A stretch of 63,899 nt of DNA, filler included, from Thelocarpon superellum (Eukaryota), in assembly GCA_026025795.1 (NCBI GenBank). It is 7 parts of 7 records of this genome, joined end to end, with 100 filler letters (N's around TTAATTAATTAA, not from the genome) between each part and the next. Parts side by side here need not be neighbours in the genome. Positions count along the whole stretch, not along the records: positions 9,654 to 19,202 come from JAPEUG010000563.1; positions 19,303 to 28,830 come from JAPEUG010000564.1; 5 more parts are not named here. One strand, 5' to 3'. The position numbers and the translations under genes were made by a program. The notes beneath the pieces are model-generated. The model searched no databases and had not been told where the DNA came from. It was given only the letters and a program-made list of their open reading frames with translations. Positions 11,735 to 24,071 of the stretch are shown here, piece by piece; position 1 is the stretch's first letter, and each line of letters opens with the position of its first letter.

Positions 11735-12922
11735 TCACTCATCCTCGTCCTCTACTTGACGTAGCATGCTTGACGGGATACCGGCTGTTCCAATTCCGCC
11801 TGCTCGTAGGGCTTTCTGAAAAGCAGTGTGCGCCTTGTGGTGTTCAATATCCTGCTGATGCTGATGTCGACGAGCCCCTTCTGACGTGGCCTCGAAATGG
11901 GCATCCATTCCGGCCGGTTCGGAAAGATCGCCGAGCCACAAGGAAATCATGCCTCGCAATTTCCAGATCTGAGGGCTGTCTGAATAGGGAGGCGAGAGCA
12001 TCAACTCGTCAATACGCGCAGCCATCTGCTCAGCTTGTGCCAGCTGGAATTGCCGCAATTGTTCTCCCAGGTGAAAACATAGGCGACAGCTTTCCGACAG
12101 GTCATGATGTGACATCTCGTTGCCGTTAGTCAGAGCCCGATGCTCGTGATCTTCAAGCATCCAGGAGAGCCTGGCGTTTTGTTCCTCTTGCGTGCTCCAG
12201 ATCCACAACCCAAACATAGCCGGATAGAAGTCAAGCACGCTGGGGACGTCGGGGCGGTGTTTGTTGAATGGATATTGTAAGATCAACCTCTCGTAGTACT
12301 CCTTGGCTCGGGCAAAGCCGTTTATGGTGAATAACGCGGTCGCGTCATGGTTTGGATTGCCGTCTCCGTCACCCCGCCGTTGGTCTTTTTGACGCAGGAG
12401 GATCTCGGCGCCGAGGCCCCAGCGTCCCTCTGCGCGGAGATCGATGCGGCGTGAGGGGAGTTCAGAGCGGAGAATCATTCCCCAGGCCCTTCCTGCACGG
12501 ACAAAATCGCCGTCGAGCAGGCAGCGATGCAGCAGCGTCGTTAAAGTGGAAAGATGGCGCAATCGCAATCGCATGCCGGCAGATGCTACATCGCTCCACC
12601 AAGCGCGAGGGACAAGCGGGGACGTAAGGTCCAAGTCCGCCCTGCGAGCGTTCGCGTGGGGGCCGCGGTCTACGACGAGTGGTTGGTGGGGGAAGAAAGA
12701 CGGAAGTGGGACGTCCGTATCTTCCTCCGTGGGCTGGTGTTCGAGAGTCAAGCCGGGCACCACGCAAGGTGCCTCGTTCGTGTTCGTCACGTCGTGGTTC
12801 GAGGACCCGGCCAGCCCCGAGGAACGATGCTTTCGTTTCTTGGACTGATGAGCCGATGCCCGGACTGACGGAGGCTGACTACTTTGGTAGAGCGGCAGTG
12901 AGAAGAAGGGCGAGGAGTGCAT
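11735..12922 (-). CDS. RRN11: RNA polymerase I core-factor subunit Rrn11-like
   Basis: Intronless 395-aa ORF. The segment HLSTLTTLLHRCLLDGDFVRAGRAWGMILR...IDLRAEGRWGLGAEILL resembles the Rrn11 TPR-like core (H..L..LLH......W..A...LIR...D.R..WG.G.EIL). Confidence 0.7.
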   Translation of the reverse strand: MHSSPFFSLPLYQSSQPPSVRASAHQSKKRKHRSSGLAGSSNHDVTNTNEAPCVVPGLTLEHQPTEEDTDVPLPSFFPHQPLVVDRGPHANARRADLDLTSPLVPRAWWSDVASAGMRLRLRHLSTLTTLLHRCLLDGDFVRAGRAWGMILRSELPSRRIDLRAEGRWGLGAEILLRQKDQRRGDGDGNPNHDATALFTINGFARAKEYYERLILQYPFNKHRPDVPSVLDFYPAMFGLWIWSTQEEQNARLSWMLEDHEHRALTNGNEMSHHDLSESCRLCFHLGEQLRQFQLAQAEQMAARIDELMLSPPYSDSPQIWKLRGMISLWLGDLSEPAGMDAHFEATSEGARRHQHQQDIEHHKAHTAFQKALRAGGIGTAGIPSSMLRQVEDEDE

Positions 12923-14557
12923 GGCGGGCGGAGAGCAACATGCCCAGACGAGGAGGAGTGATCGGCGTCAATAACCACCTAGGTTGGTGCGCCTCGACCG
13001 ATGCAGCCTGACTGATGCACTGCCGCCGTGGATTGGACGGAGCGTGCAAGGTAGCCGGAGCGAAAGTGCCAGTCGGGGTAGCGACTACGCCGGCTCGGAC
13101 ACGGGGCTGGAATCGGGACTGGTTGGCGCGCTCGACCGGCCACTGAGACGCATGAAATGCAACTGCGGTTGCATGACGAGCCAGCACGTTGCCTCCGACA
13201 CCCGACGCAGACACCGCGGGGTGGACGATGATCGGGGCGAGCGAGCCCTACCAGTCCAGCGCATGCAGCTGTGGCGTGCTCCTTATGGTCGTGCGCGTGC
13301 CATGCATGATGAACGGACCTGTAATGCCTGAGGTGGTGTGGCCGTCAAGGGTAGGCCTGCAGGTGATTCGCTGTGGCAATTGGCGACCCCACCGTGCCCG
13401 CCAAGCAGACCCTGGCCAGCCGACGCCGAGGATTGGCTCCAACGAGCCACCGTGTAAGTGTCCTCTCAACCGCTGCTGAATAACTCTTTGCTTTGGGCTG
13501 AGGTCTCCGCGCTTTCACCATCTGCTGCTGCTCATCATGCCGCACCGACTAGGGAGCAGGTAGTACGAAGTACGAAGACTGGTGTATTTCTAGGTGGCCA
13601 TTCTGGGGGCCGTACCTCTAGGATTGTCGACTGCCTGTCATGATACGGCTGACGCACAGTCCACATCTGGGCAGGCTCGCCTGTTGCCGCACCTTGCTCT
13701 AGATCGTCGCCTTTTGCCCGTTGCTCCGGCTCGCCTGCATGGTCACGGTCGCTGTGCGCATTCTTCGCTTCCACCACGACCGACGGACGACCATCCCACG
13801 AACGCCACGACTCTACGAGCCTCCACGCAGCCGCTCCCCTCACGACATTATCTCTGTATTCTTACCTATACCCGCGTCACGATCTTCTATCTCTTCCGCT
13901 CTCCGTTGCCATCTGGTCGGGTTTTGACAACCATCCACGAGCACGGTGTCTCCGGCTCCCTTTGGCCCGTCGATTAACCCCGGTGGCCGGCGTTCACCTC
14001 CGCTGGTCGGCGCCGTGCTCCACCCTGCTGCCTCTACGAGCACGAGCAGCAGCAGCAGCAGCAGCAGCGGCACGCCTTATACAAACAGCCAGCGTGATAG
14101 GCTTCCATCGAACTTCTTCCACTGGCGACGTTTGGCCTACCCAACCATCTGGCCAACAAGCTCGGACGATGAATGACGCGGGCTACGACCTATGCACCTA
14201 GCCTCCCCGTGAACCACCGACTTGTCCCTCCGACTTGTCTCTGTCGTGGGCCGACCACGAGACCTTGCTCCTTCGCTTCTACCGCTCGTCTCTTACGTGC
14301 TGACACTCGCCGCTGACGCCTACTCGTGTGGCGTAGCGTGGTGCCGAGCCTCGCTGGTCGTTGCAGAGTGTCGCCACCGCCGTGCTACGTTTTCGTACAT
14401 TCCTCAGCCTTGCATCCAGACAACACTTGCTCGCGTCCGGTCGTGGACCTTTCCACCTCCATTGAGCGCCTTCCGGTGCCTTTCCCTCGTATCATTACGG
14501 ACAGTATGACCGCGTCCTGTTAATACTGAAGGATCCCGGTCTGACCCGCAGCCCACC

Positions 14558-17289
14558 ATGGGCCAGGCGTCATCCACGCCACCGAACGGCTCGTTCAGGT
14601 TGGTCCGCCGTGGGAGGTTGGGTGTAACCTCACCGAGCGTGGGTCCTGGCGAGTCGACGGACTCGGTGGATCTGGCAAATGACATCTCAGGAGTCACCAC
14701 GATCCGCCGGCGACGCCGCATCCCATGGATCACCCCCCCCACGACGAGGCAGCCGACCAACTCGAACGAGGATGTGTCTTCGTCTCGTCCGGTAGTGGAA
14801 GACCAGATCCCGCCGCTCCCCACAGCGGTGGATGCCTTCGATAGATCCGACGGGGCAACAACGCCATTTGACACCCGGGACGAGATGGTCTCGGAGAGTC
14901 CCATTCTCGGTCTCGAGGGGTCGGATGCACGGGAGGCGCTTCTGGCAAATCCTGTGCCACGATATCCTGGCGCTGGCAGCTCGGCGAGCGGAGAGCGTTG
15001 GGCGAGTGCTGGACGCACACGGCGAAGGCTTTCGGAGAGGTTCAGTGTCGTGCGTGGTAGCCGCACAGACTGTCTTGATCCGCCATCTCGCAGGTCGTCC
15101 GCTACCTCCACCACTCCGTCTATCTCATCTCCTCCAACCCCTCGGCGACGAAGTCCGGCTCCCGCCTTGCTGCAGGATGTCTGGACGCGCGAGAATACTT
15201 CCGAGTCCACACTCCCCACGGGCTCTGAGCCGCTCACACGGTCATACTCTGCCACCGCATTAAACAGCTCTCGCCTCGCCCGGGTGCGCAGCTCTCTGCT
15301 CCCACCCATTCCTAATTTTCTTCATAATCTTACGACGCGCTCGTCACGATTAAGTGCGTTGAGTGGGTCGACCGCCATCTCCGTCCGACGGCCATCTGCC
15401 CAGACCACCACGGATCACGCCCGCTCCTTCTCGCCTCGCCGCTCCTCCCCCGATGTAGGCCTAGACATGCATGGGTCGCCTCTGTCTCCGTCCTTGATGA
15501 CCTCCTCAAGCCGGCCCCGGCGGAACCGGTCCATCTCAGATCCTGATGTGCGATCGCCCTCCCTTGAGCGGCAGGCGAGACGCTTGCAAAATTCGCTGCG
15601 GCGTGGGCCAGCGCGCCCCCAAAGGGGCGAAGACCAAGCAGCTATGCTGTCGAGACTCTTGTCCGTGGCTGCAGCCGCGACCGCGGCCTCGTTGGTAGGG
15701 AACACGGGCCGCGCCTTCTCCGAAGCCCAGGATGTAAGGGTCGACGGTGTCGACGGGAGTTTTGATGGCTTTCTCCAGGCTCTTCAAAACGGGAGCCTCG
15801 CCGCCGCGCTCCGCAATGGTGGCCACGAGACCAGTGCGGGCGTGGGTGCAGATGCTCCGGGGATTGAGGGAGGCTTCACCCCAGTCAACTTCTTTCGCAT
15901 GTTCCGCTTCGGCACGACCACCAGCGAGCGTACGCCTAGCAGTGGCACAGCGACGCCGGCGAATGAAGCCCAAGATGCTGAGCCTGGAGCAGCGTCGCCG
16001 TCCACGAGCGATGGGACTTCCTCGACGGAAGCATCGGGGTCACGCATGGTACCCGTCATCATCGTCGGCATCCGCTCAGTCACGCCGGTGGATGGCATCG
16101 CACCCAATGACGGTAGCATCACCCCGCCACTGTTTGATGCGCTGTCGAACCTCCCGCTAAGCATGCCGAACGGCCTACCGCGAGGGGGATCAGGGACTCT
16201 AATGCGGCGCACTGACCGGAGCTCGCGCTTCTCTCGTGGACGGCGGGCCTCGATGAGCGCAGTCAATTACGATAGCCAGCGCCATCAGCGGGCGACCCCA
16301 GGGCTCCTCCGGTCTCTCGCAGACTCGCGACCGCTTCCGACCACAACGCTCCCTACCGTCCTCTCGGACTCCCCCCCGGGACTGCACCCACCGCCCTCGA
16401 CGCCCGCAGAATACGGGCTTTCGACCTTCTCGTCGACATCCAGCACACCTACTCGCCGACCCTCGTCGGCCACCGGGGGTCCGTTGCTGACCAATGCGCT
16501 CCCAGCGTGGCGGGAAGATCCACAGCCGTCGCCAAATGCCCCTAGCTCTACCCCGGCGCCGGAGAGTGCGGCATCTAGTCCTACGAATCCCCAGCGCCGA
16601 CGGGTGAGCGATGGCGAGTTTGCCCGATATCGTGATCTAGGCTCGGGATCGAGCCGACGGAATGGCATCGTCGGCGACCAGGATGTGAACGCAGGGGCTC
16701 GCCGGGCGGCCAGTGGCGTGCCCAACGAGGGGACGCGCAGCTGGATCATCTACGTGCTTGGAGGGAGCTATCCCGAAGATCATCCTATCTTGACGACCCC
16801 CAGCCTCTTCACCGACTCCCCCACCTATGAGGATATGCTCCTCCTAGCCTCGATTTTAGGACCGGCCAAGCCACCCGTCGCATCGGCTGAAGATGTGGCC
16901 TCCGCACCGGGGGTCTTCCGCGTCACGGATGCGGCTGGCTCTCTGGTGGCTCAACGCAGCGTGGGCGAGAGTATCCGCATCGCGCCCGGGGAACGCTGCC
17001 TGATCTGTCTGTGTGATTACGAGGCCGGCGAGGACGTCCGGCAACTGAGCAAGTGCGGGCACATGTATCATCGCGACTGTATCGACGAGGTACGTGGGGG
17101 CACGACACCTGCTGTGGAACGTGACGACTAGACTAACTTGGGTCACAGTGGCTCACCACAGGGCGCAACTCATGCCCATTGTGCCGGCAGCAGGGGGTGG
17201 TCGAGCGGACGAACAGTCAGAAATCCGCCACACATCAACCCGCCCACTCCGCCCAGTCCACTCTCAGTCCGACACGCGTCAGTGCCTGA
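14558..17289 (+). CDS. RING-H2 finger E3 ubiquitin ligase with long disordered N-terminus (2 exons)
   Basis: ORF 14558-17089, intron 17090-17148 (GTACGT...GACTAAC...CACAG), last exon 17149-17289. This completes CLICLCDY...CGHMYHRDCIDE|WLTTGRNSCPLCR (C3H2C3). Conserved blocks: SWIIYVLGGSYPEDHPILTTPSLFTDSPTYEDMLLL and MVPVIIVGIRSV. Confidence 0.9.
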
Positions 17290-19202
17290 ACGCATGGCGT
17301 CGGCGTCGGCGTCGACGTTGGCACTCACACAACCTTCAGGGCCTTCTGCATGGATTCGATCCACTGGGCACTTTAATTTGATCCAGCCATGTCCTCTCAT
17401 CCCTTTTCCGCGAGATCTGATACTTTTGCCAGCGCCGCGATCGTTTCCATGACGGGGTCCCCCAGTTGGATGGAGTCGGCATCATGGTAGGTGCCCTTTT
17501 CATGTCGTGCACGTTCCTTGGGTGTTGGTGTTATTGGACAGGTTGTCGTCGGTCTTTTGAAGGAAGGGAGTGTCCCGAATGGGAACTGGTCGAGGCCCGA
17601 TGCATAGGGGACCGCGACGGATTGCATGTTTCAGATTTCTACAACCCAGCCTTATACGCGATCACGTCAAACCCTGAGTCCACCCGAGTAAACACAAAAG
17701 GGTCCGACCTGCTCTACGTACCAGACTTGGAGCTCGAAGTGAGCCTGGATCTTGAATGATGCAACCTAGTAGAAATGCGGGATACGAATCAGAACCGCAT
17801 GTTTAGGGCCCGTCTTTGTCCATTGACGTGGGCCACTCCCTCGGCCGTGGGTACGGTAGGCGGCGGCGGGGCTTGCATCACGATTCAGCGTTCCTGCATC
17901 CTTCTGCGTTGCTGTAACTATGGTGTGATGTATCCGTTCCGGTAGAAAGGTCCATGATTCCTCGTCCTCGTACGACTAGGGGTGCTAATATCTTGGCGGC
18001 CGTGACGGTGTTACGATCAACTCCAGCCAGCATATGGTAGCGATCCGTTCCGAACCCTTTTCACCACACGGCTCCTTCGCGCCATCGGTCCGGAGAGCAC
18101 CTCTCTCCAGATTCAGTTGGTCTCTAACAACCGGAGGTACAGCATCTCGCATCACCACACCTGCCGGTGATGAGGCGTCAATGACGGGACAGACCGTGCC
18201 GCTGGGAATTCCCCGTTCGGAGATGGTGATAGAGAAGAGAAGCCAGCCAGACCCTGCAGCGCTGCAACGCTCCTCATCAGGACGGGCTCCCACCATCCTA
18301 AACGGTCCCGCCGTTGCTCGAACGCATGCCACCTTACAGTGTCATAAAAGCTGCCGTGGGCGTGGCCGAAAGTGGGCAGCAGGAGATACGTTACTCGTCA
18401 AGGTCTTGCATGGTATGGCGGGTCACCCGCTGGTGTGGTGGGGCGAGAGACCCATGCCGTGCGGATCCGTGGACTCGATTACTACTGCCGGCTACTTCCA
18501 GTCCCGGGGGGGGCTATCGCAACTCCACTAAGCGGGGGGAGGGGAACGAGGTGGAGGGCCTTTCCCAATCCTCTTACTCTTGCAGATGGCTGCGGTTGCT
18601 TGGGCCGGCGACGGCGACGGCGACGGGGACGGGGACGGGGACGGGGCGTCCAATAACGATACGTACCCTTTCTTGTCCCGACCTGTATTTCACCACGGTA
18701 GCAAGTGATGTTCCACGCACTTGTACGTGTACTCGTAGTCATAGTCTTCTTAATCCGAGACCCTAACGGGATGCCATGGCATCCCCGTTGGCGCCACCGA
18801 TCGACTCAGGCCAGACATTTGCAGCGCGTTGACAGCAGCGGGGCGCCTTAGAAACGTGCGCGCGAAACCGGATACGCCGGGCCCGGGCCCGAACTTTCCG
18901 GACGGCGGCCACGAGAGTGGGTCTTACCACGGAAGGTGTCTGTCTGCCCGGTCCGTGGACGTTCCAGCTTGAAACGGAATTGATGACTGTCCGCGTTGCT
19001 GGTCGGCAAGGGACCACACCTGCGGCCCGATAGGTTGGACAACGGGGTGGAGTACGAAGTACCTGCATCATGCAATTGTACATCGAGGCAGGCAACGCCC
19101 GATTAGGAGGAGGCGGTCCAGTCGCGGTCTAGCCGGGACCGTTACGATCGGTCGTGGAACAATGGCAGCCACGCCGAGAGGTCATCGGCAGCGGACGGGC
19201 GA

Positions 19203-19302
19203 NNNNNNNNNNNNNNNNNNNNNNNNNNNNNNNNNNNNNNNNNNNNTTAATTAATTAANNNNNNNNNNNNNNNNNNNNNNNNNNNNNNNNNNNNNNNNNN
19301 NN
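19203..19302. other. Artificial contig linker
   Basis: Same N44-TTAATTAATTAA-N44 spacer. Confidence 0.98.
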
Positions 19303-19348
19303 CCGCCTCCCCCTCCCACTCCCCACCACGAGAGAGGAAAGATCGGAG

Positions 19349-20070
19349 ATGAAAGGCGCACCTCGACTCCTGTACGCAACAGCCACGAGCGCAGGAACGA
19401 CAAGCGGCTTCAAACCCGCGCCTTTGGCCCTCCTCCCGCCCATTCCACTCTACCGGCGCCTTCTGCGTGCCCACCGGCACCACCTACCCACCACCAGTCG
19501 CCTGCTCGGCGACGAGTACGTCAAGAGTGAATTCAGAGCGCATCGCACGGTCGAGAATCCCGTTCACATCGTACGTGGCACGCCGATCTCTCTGCGCGCC
19601 TCCTGCTACGTCTCTCCTTTCTGGTTGCTCCAACACTCCCCCTCTCCCGCCTGCGTGTCCTTCTCTTCTTGGTCGTGATGGCAACCAGTGACTGATGTAT
19701 GTGAATGGCAGATTGGCTTCTTGACAGAATGGCAAATGTACGCGCAGATGATCGAGGGCGACGCATGGCGCGACGCCACGTTGGATCGGACCAAGATCGA
19801 TAAGATGAGTGGTGTGTCCCCCTCCCCCTCCGCCCTTCCCTTTCTTCGATTCGCCCGTTCTTATTCCTCCATGTTGTCGTCTCTTTCGTCAGAAGTACCG
19901 TGTGATGTGGAGAGGGAGAGAGAGATAAAAGAAGAAGCTAATGAGAGCGTCTAATGACGTCGTGGACAGACCAGCAATTGGGCCAACTTTACGAATTAAT
20001 GCAAGCGATCCGGAAGAACGAAAGGGAGAAAGAAGAGGAGGAGCGGGAGTCTTCTGGCAGGGATCGATGA
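19349..20070 (+). CDS. SDH7: Succinate dehydrogenase assembly factor 3 (LYR-motif, ACN9/SDH7), 3 exons
   Basis: Exons 19349-19570, 19712-19811 and 19970-20070 give [16 protein letters not shown]...[14 protein letters not shown]...[17 protein letters not shown]...[18 protein letters not shown], the typical ACN9/Sdh7 signature. Confidence 0.92.
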
Positions 20071-20417
20071 TTCCTCTGCTTCCCTGTGGTGGTGTTCTGG
20101 ACAATGTACGTTAGGGATACGGTCAGATCCGGTTTGGATAGGGGTGGAATTGGACATCATATGATATGTACAGTAGAAAGACTTTTACGTCTGCACGGAC
20201 AGGACGATCGTATTGGAAGATCTGCATTCATGACTTCGTACCTCGTTCTTGTACCTCATGTCTCATTTCTCATCCCTCGTGTCGCATGTCTGATACCGTG
20301 TCACGGTGACCTGTCCACCTTATAGACGTACCTACTATTCTATGTACACACTCAGAATGAATCAACTGTATGCAGTGTTCATGGTCGGAGGTATATTCTT
20401 GTTCCTCGGTCTTCCCG

Positions 20418-23390
20418 CTATCTTCCCCGGTGATCACGCTGCGAGGGAATCTCAGCAAAGCGGATCCGATGCGTGGGTTCCTGTACGGCGGCCACGCTTT
20501 CTCGCAGCTCGTTGGGATCGTTAATGTCCGAGTCGCTGCTGTCGTCTGCGCTCGGCCCGGCCATGCCCAGCGCTGCTTCACGGCGTCGACGCTCGGCTGC
20601 CGTTTCGCCCTGCGGGTCGGGACTCCCGGCTGGCGGGTGACCCTGCGATGGTCCCTTGGCGCGTGACCGGGGAACGCGCTCGGTGCCGTCGTCGTCGCTG
20701 TCTTCCTCGTCGCGTTGCGCCTGTGCCTGTTGTCGTCGGAGCTGCGCCGCCGTCGGCATCGAATGCTGGGCCAAGCGCGCGCCGACGGCGTAGTAGGGCA
20801 CTTCGCGCTCTTCCGAGTCGACCAGCGTGAGGTTCCCCGGGCCCATGGGCCGCTCCTCGTTGGATGCCAGCTTCTCGATGCGTGCCCCCTCTGTGGATGA
20901 TTCGCTCTCCCGCGACGGTGGTTGTCGCCGCGGCTGCGGCTGCGCCGGTGGTGATGGCGACGCGGCGTCGGCTTTGTGCGCCTGCACGCGTGCTTCTTCT
21001 TTGACATCCTGCGGCGCGTTGCTTTCCTCCACCGCTTCCATGCGCGCCCTCGGGTCAAGCTGCTGAATCTGCTTGATGAAGTCCGTCTTGCTCATGCGCC
21101 GTCCCCCTTGCACGAATCGAATGCGGTCATCGTCGTCGTCATCCTCCTCCTTGGCTTTCCCTGCTGCCCCTGCCTCTGTGCCGGGTTCGACGCGAGAGTC
21201 CTTCCTCGCCAGCCCGACCCAGGTTCCGACGCGCTGGAGCTGCGGCCGTTCCGACGGGAGGAAGCGGTTCTTCTTGGCCGGCCCCTCGTCACGTTTGGGC
21301 CCGGGGAGATCGTACTTCTTAATCACCTCGCCGTTTTCATCCTCCACGATGACCGTGTTCCCAATCTGGTAGGCCATGGCCGGGCCACGCTTGGGTCCCG
21401 TCGGCTGCTGCGACGCCTCTCCTTGGCGAAAGCGACGCCAGTCCAGGGCGCCGAAGCGTTTCTTGATGTTGTGATAAGGATGTGATGGATGTCGCACATC
21501 GTCCTTGACCTCCTCGGCCGTGTGACTGATGGCCTCTCTGGTGGGAGACACGTCGGAGGGTGACCGTCGCTCCGCGATCACGTTCCCGTCCTCATCTTCG
21601 ATGATGGTCTCGTGACCCTCTTGGTAGGCCTCCACGTCCGGGGGGGCCTCGATCGACTTCTTGTCTGGCGATTGCTCCCCTGCTTCGTCCTGTCCGTCTA
21701 AGGTTTCCCCGCTGTCGCCCGACTCCTCGCGCCGCTGCGGGTGGATGGCCGATTGGCTGATGGGTCCTCCCGGTCCCATACCGGCCTCGCGCCGCTTCCG
21801 TCGTCCGACCGGCCGCAGGCTGGACGCCCGACTACCCTGGCGACTGGGATTCTCCTCCTCTCGCTGACGCCGCAAGAACGTACCCGGGAAGCCTGTGGGT
21901 GGGAGGGTGCCCGGAGGAAATTCGGGCAGCTTCTCATTCAGCGACGTGCTATCCGCATCGCGACCAATCGACATGGAGCCCTTGGCCTGCGACGCGATCC
22001 GCGGCAGTCGGTTCATCCACGACGGCCCCTCTTCGTTGGCTTGCGTGTAGGACATGGTGATGTGCAGCGTGTTGATGTGCTTGCCGAGGGTGAAGACGGC
22101 AACCGTCGACCCGTGCACCAAGATGGACGACATGACCAAAAAGGTCGTGATCGGCCAGATGAGCTGGATGAGCGTGTAATGCTCGGCTCCGGGCCCAGGC
22201 AGCTGCGCCAGCGGCGTCGGCGTCTCCGTCTCGAGCTCAGCGCGCGCGCTGACCGCGACGAAGATGGCGCCGACGCCGATGGGACCAAAGTGGCCGGCGA
22301 AGATGGCCTCGCGCCAGGTCTTGATATCGGGGACGAAGGGTTTCAACGCGACCATGATGGGAATCCGACGGAAGAGGATGACAAAGATGGCGATGATGAC
22401 GAGCCGCCACGGGGTGACGCCAAGCTCGGGCATGTTGTACTGGGCCCAGGGGATGATGGAGCCGAAATAGACAAAGTAGGCCAAATTGAGCAGCAAGTCG
22501 ATGACGTTGGAGACGTGCGACTCTTCCGTCTTCGCCTGAAACCATCCGTCGTTGGAGAAGCCCACGCCCGCGCAGAAGCCGACGAGCAGATCGTCGATGC
22601 CCAAGATGCTGCCAGACCCCGCGCAGAAGAGCGCGAGGGTGAAGTAGAAGACGAGAAAGCTCTCCCGGTCGATGAGATTGTGTCGCTCAGCCCATTTGAT
22701 GGCATGGCGCCCCAAATAGCCGATGGTGACGCCGTAGACGGCGCCAAAGACACACTCGTACAGAATGGTGAAACAGATCCAATGGTAGGCGACGGCGTTG
22801 GCGTCAGGCTGGTAGCGGATGAGGTACAGGGCCAGGTAGATGAAGGGGAACGACATGCCGTCGTTGCAGCCCGACTCGGCCGACAGCAGATCACGAAGAT
22901 GGCGGGGAATGCGCTTGGCGAATTTGCCCTTGCCCACGACCGATGAGGCCAGAACGGGGTCGGTGGCGGTGACGCAGGCGGCGCAGGCCAGGGACTCGAG
23001 CCAGCTCAGGTCGGATATCATCCACCAGATGAAGAGGCTCGTCATGAGCCAGCCGAAGGTCATGACAGGGACCAACAGAAAAACGACGGAGCGCCAGTGT
23101 TTCTCCATGTAGTAGCTGGGCAATTCCACGCCGACGGCGAAACACTGGACGACGAGGACGATGCGCGAGCATTCGAGCGTGATCTGGTCGGCGTTGCCCC
23201 AGGACGAGGGGTCAAAGAGGTTGGCGGCATGGGGACCGAAGACAACGCCACAGATGGTGGCGACGGTAGCTTCGCCGATGTAGAGACGCTGCTTGACGTA
23301 GAGTGAGACCAGCATGAACAGGCTGGTGAAGCCGCCGAGGATGATGTAGGCCAGGTGCGGCTTGTTGATCGCGAGCTGCTCCCAGGCCAT
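20418..23390 (-). CDS. NHA1: Plasma-membrane Na+(K+)/H+ antiporter Nha1/Cnh1
   Basis: Intronless 990-aa ORF with multi-TM N-half motifs ATDPVLASSVVGKGKFA, AESGCNDG, GIDDLL, FGHFGPIG-like GHFGPIGVGAIF and VHGS, followed by a long hydrophilic C-tail. Confidence 0.95.
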   Translation of the reverse strand: MAWEQLAINKPHLAYIILGGFTSLFMLVSLYVKQRLYIGEATVATICGVVFGPHAANLFDPSSWGNADQITLECSRIVLVVQCFAVGVELPSYYMEKHWRSVVFLLVPVMTFGWLMTSLFIWWMISDLSWLESLACAACVTATDPVLASSVVGKGKFAKRIPRHLRDLLSAESGCNDGMSFPFIYLALYLIRYQPDANAVAYHWICFTILYECVFGAVYGVTIGYLGRHAIKWAERHNLIDRESFLVFYFTLALFCAGSGSILGIDDLLVGFCAGVGFSNDGWFQAKTEESHVSNVIDLLLNLAYFVYFGSIIPWAQYNMPELGVTPWRLVIIAIFVILFRRIPIMVALKPFVPDIKTWREAIFAGHFGPIGVGAIFVAVSARAELETETPTPLAQLPGPGAEHYTLIQLIWPITTFLVMSSILVHGSTVAVFTLGKHINTLHITMSYTQANEEGPSWMNRLPRIASQAKGSMSIGRDADSTSLNEKLPEFPPGTLPPTGFPGTFLRRQREEENPSRQGSRASSLRPVGRRKRREAGMGPGGPISQSAIHPQRREESGDSGETLDGQDEAGEQSPDKKSIEAPPDVEAYQEGHETIIEDEDGNVIAERRSPSDVSPTREAISHTAEEVKDDVRHPSHPYHNIKKRFGALDWRRFRQGEASQQPTGPKRGPAMAYQIGNTVIVEDENGEVIKKYDLPGPKRDEGPAKKNRFLPSERPQLQRVGTWVGLARKDSRVEPGTEAGAAGKAKEEDDDDDDRIRFVQGGRRMSKTDFIKQIQQLDPRARMEAVEESNAPQDVKEEARVQAHKADAASPSPPAQPQPRRQPPSRESESSTEGARIEKLASNEERPMGPGNLTLVDSEEREVPYYAVGARLAQHSMPTAAQLRRQQAQAQRDEEDSDDDGTERVPRSRAKGPSQGHPPAGSPDPQGETAAERRRREAALGMAGPSADDSSDSDINDPNELRESVAAVQEPTHRIRFAEIPSQRDHRGR

Positions 23391-23890
23391 GATGGCGGTG
23401 GGCGGCGAAGCGCAGGGGCCGGTGCACGCGAAGGGGCAGATGCAGGTCGCGAGGTGGGGACCTTAGGGGCCGATTCCCCAGTCGTTGGGCTCTCGTGGAC
23501 ACTCGACGCAGAGAGCTTGTCGGGGCATCCAGGATCTGGTTGCGCCCCGTCGCCGCTCCCACTTGCTTACAACAGATGCAGGAAGGTCAATGAACGGCCA
23601 TCTGGGCCTCACAGCGGAGGGCCCGGGTCGAAGATGGGGTGGTACCGGAGGGTGTGGAGATGCTGACGAGAGAAGAGGAGAGTGGGGCATCCATAAACGA
23701 AACATCATCATAGATTTTAGCATTCGAGTGGGATTACAAACGGGACGGCCGACTACGGCTGCGGAGCTTGGAGGCTGGCGAGTGCAGGGTGCACTAGCTG
23801 ACGTCCAGAAAGGCTCGGGCCAGTTACGAACGCACTTCTGCCTCTCAACGGGCGGTGTCGGGGGCGATTCTGCCGCCGTGTGTCGCCTCG

Positions 23891-24071
23891 CTTGGCGCCT
23901 CTCCGCCACTTTTCGTGCCAAGCCCAGCCGACGTCGCACTGTGCTGTCGTATGCCAAGGGAGCATGGCCCAGGGCCATGCACGAAGAGACTTGAACCAAC
24001 TCTTTGTATGGGCGTAGTACGAGTGTCACACGGCCGCCCGCACGAGAATGGGTAATCCTTCCAGCGCCAAG
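23891..24071. promoter_or_regulatory. Cluster of four PacC/Rim101 consensus sites (GCCAAG)
   Basis: CTTGGC 23891-23896 and GCCAAG at 23917-23922, 23953-23958 and 24066-24071, lying between the divergent NHA1 and palH genes. Function is inferred only. Confidence 0.5.

Noticed and set aside
18760..18767. Telomerase-template-like ACCCTAAC (also CTAACCCT at 58046)
   Set aside because: Shorter than and different from the UAACCCUAA template typical of Pezizomycotina, with no pseudoknot or CR4/5 identifiable by eye; such 8-mers are expected by chance in 64 kb.
21741..22946. 401-aa plus-strand ORF
   Set aside because: Antisense shadow of NHA1.
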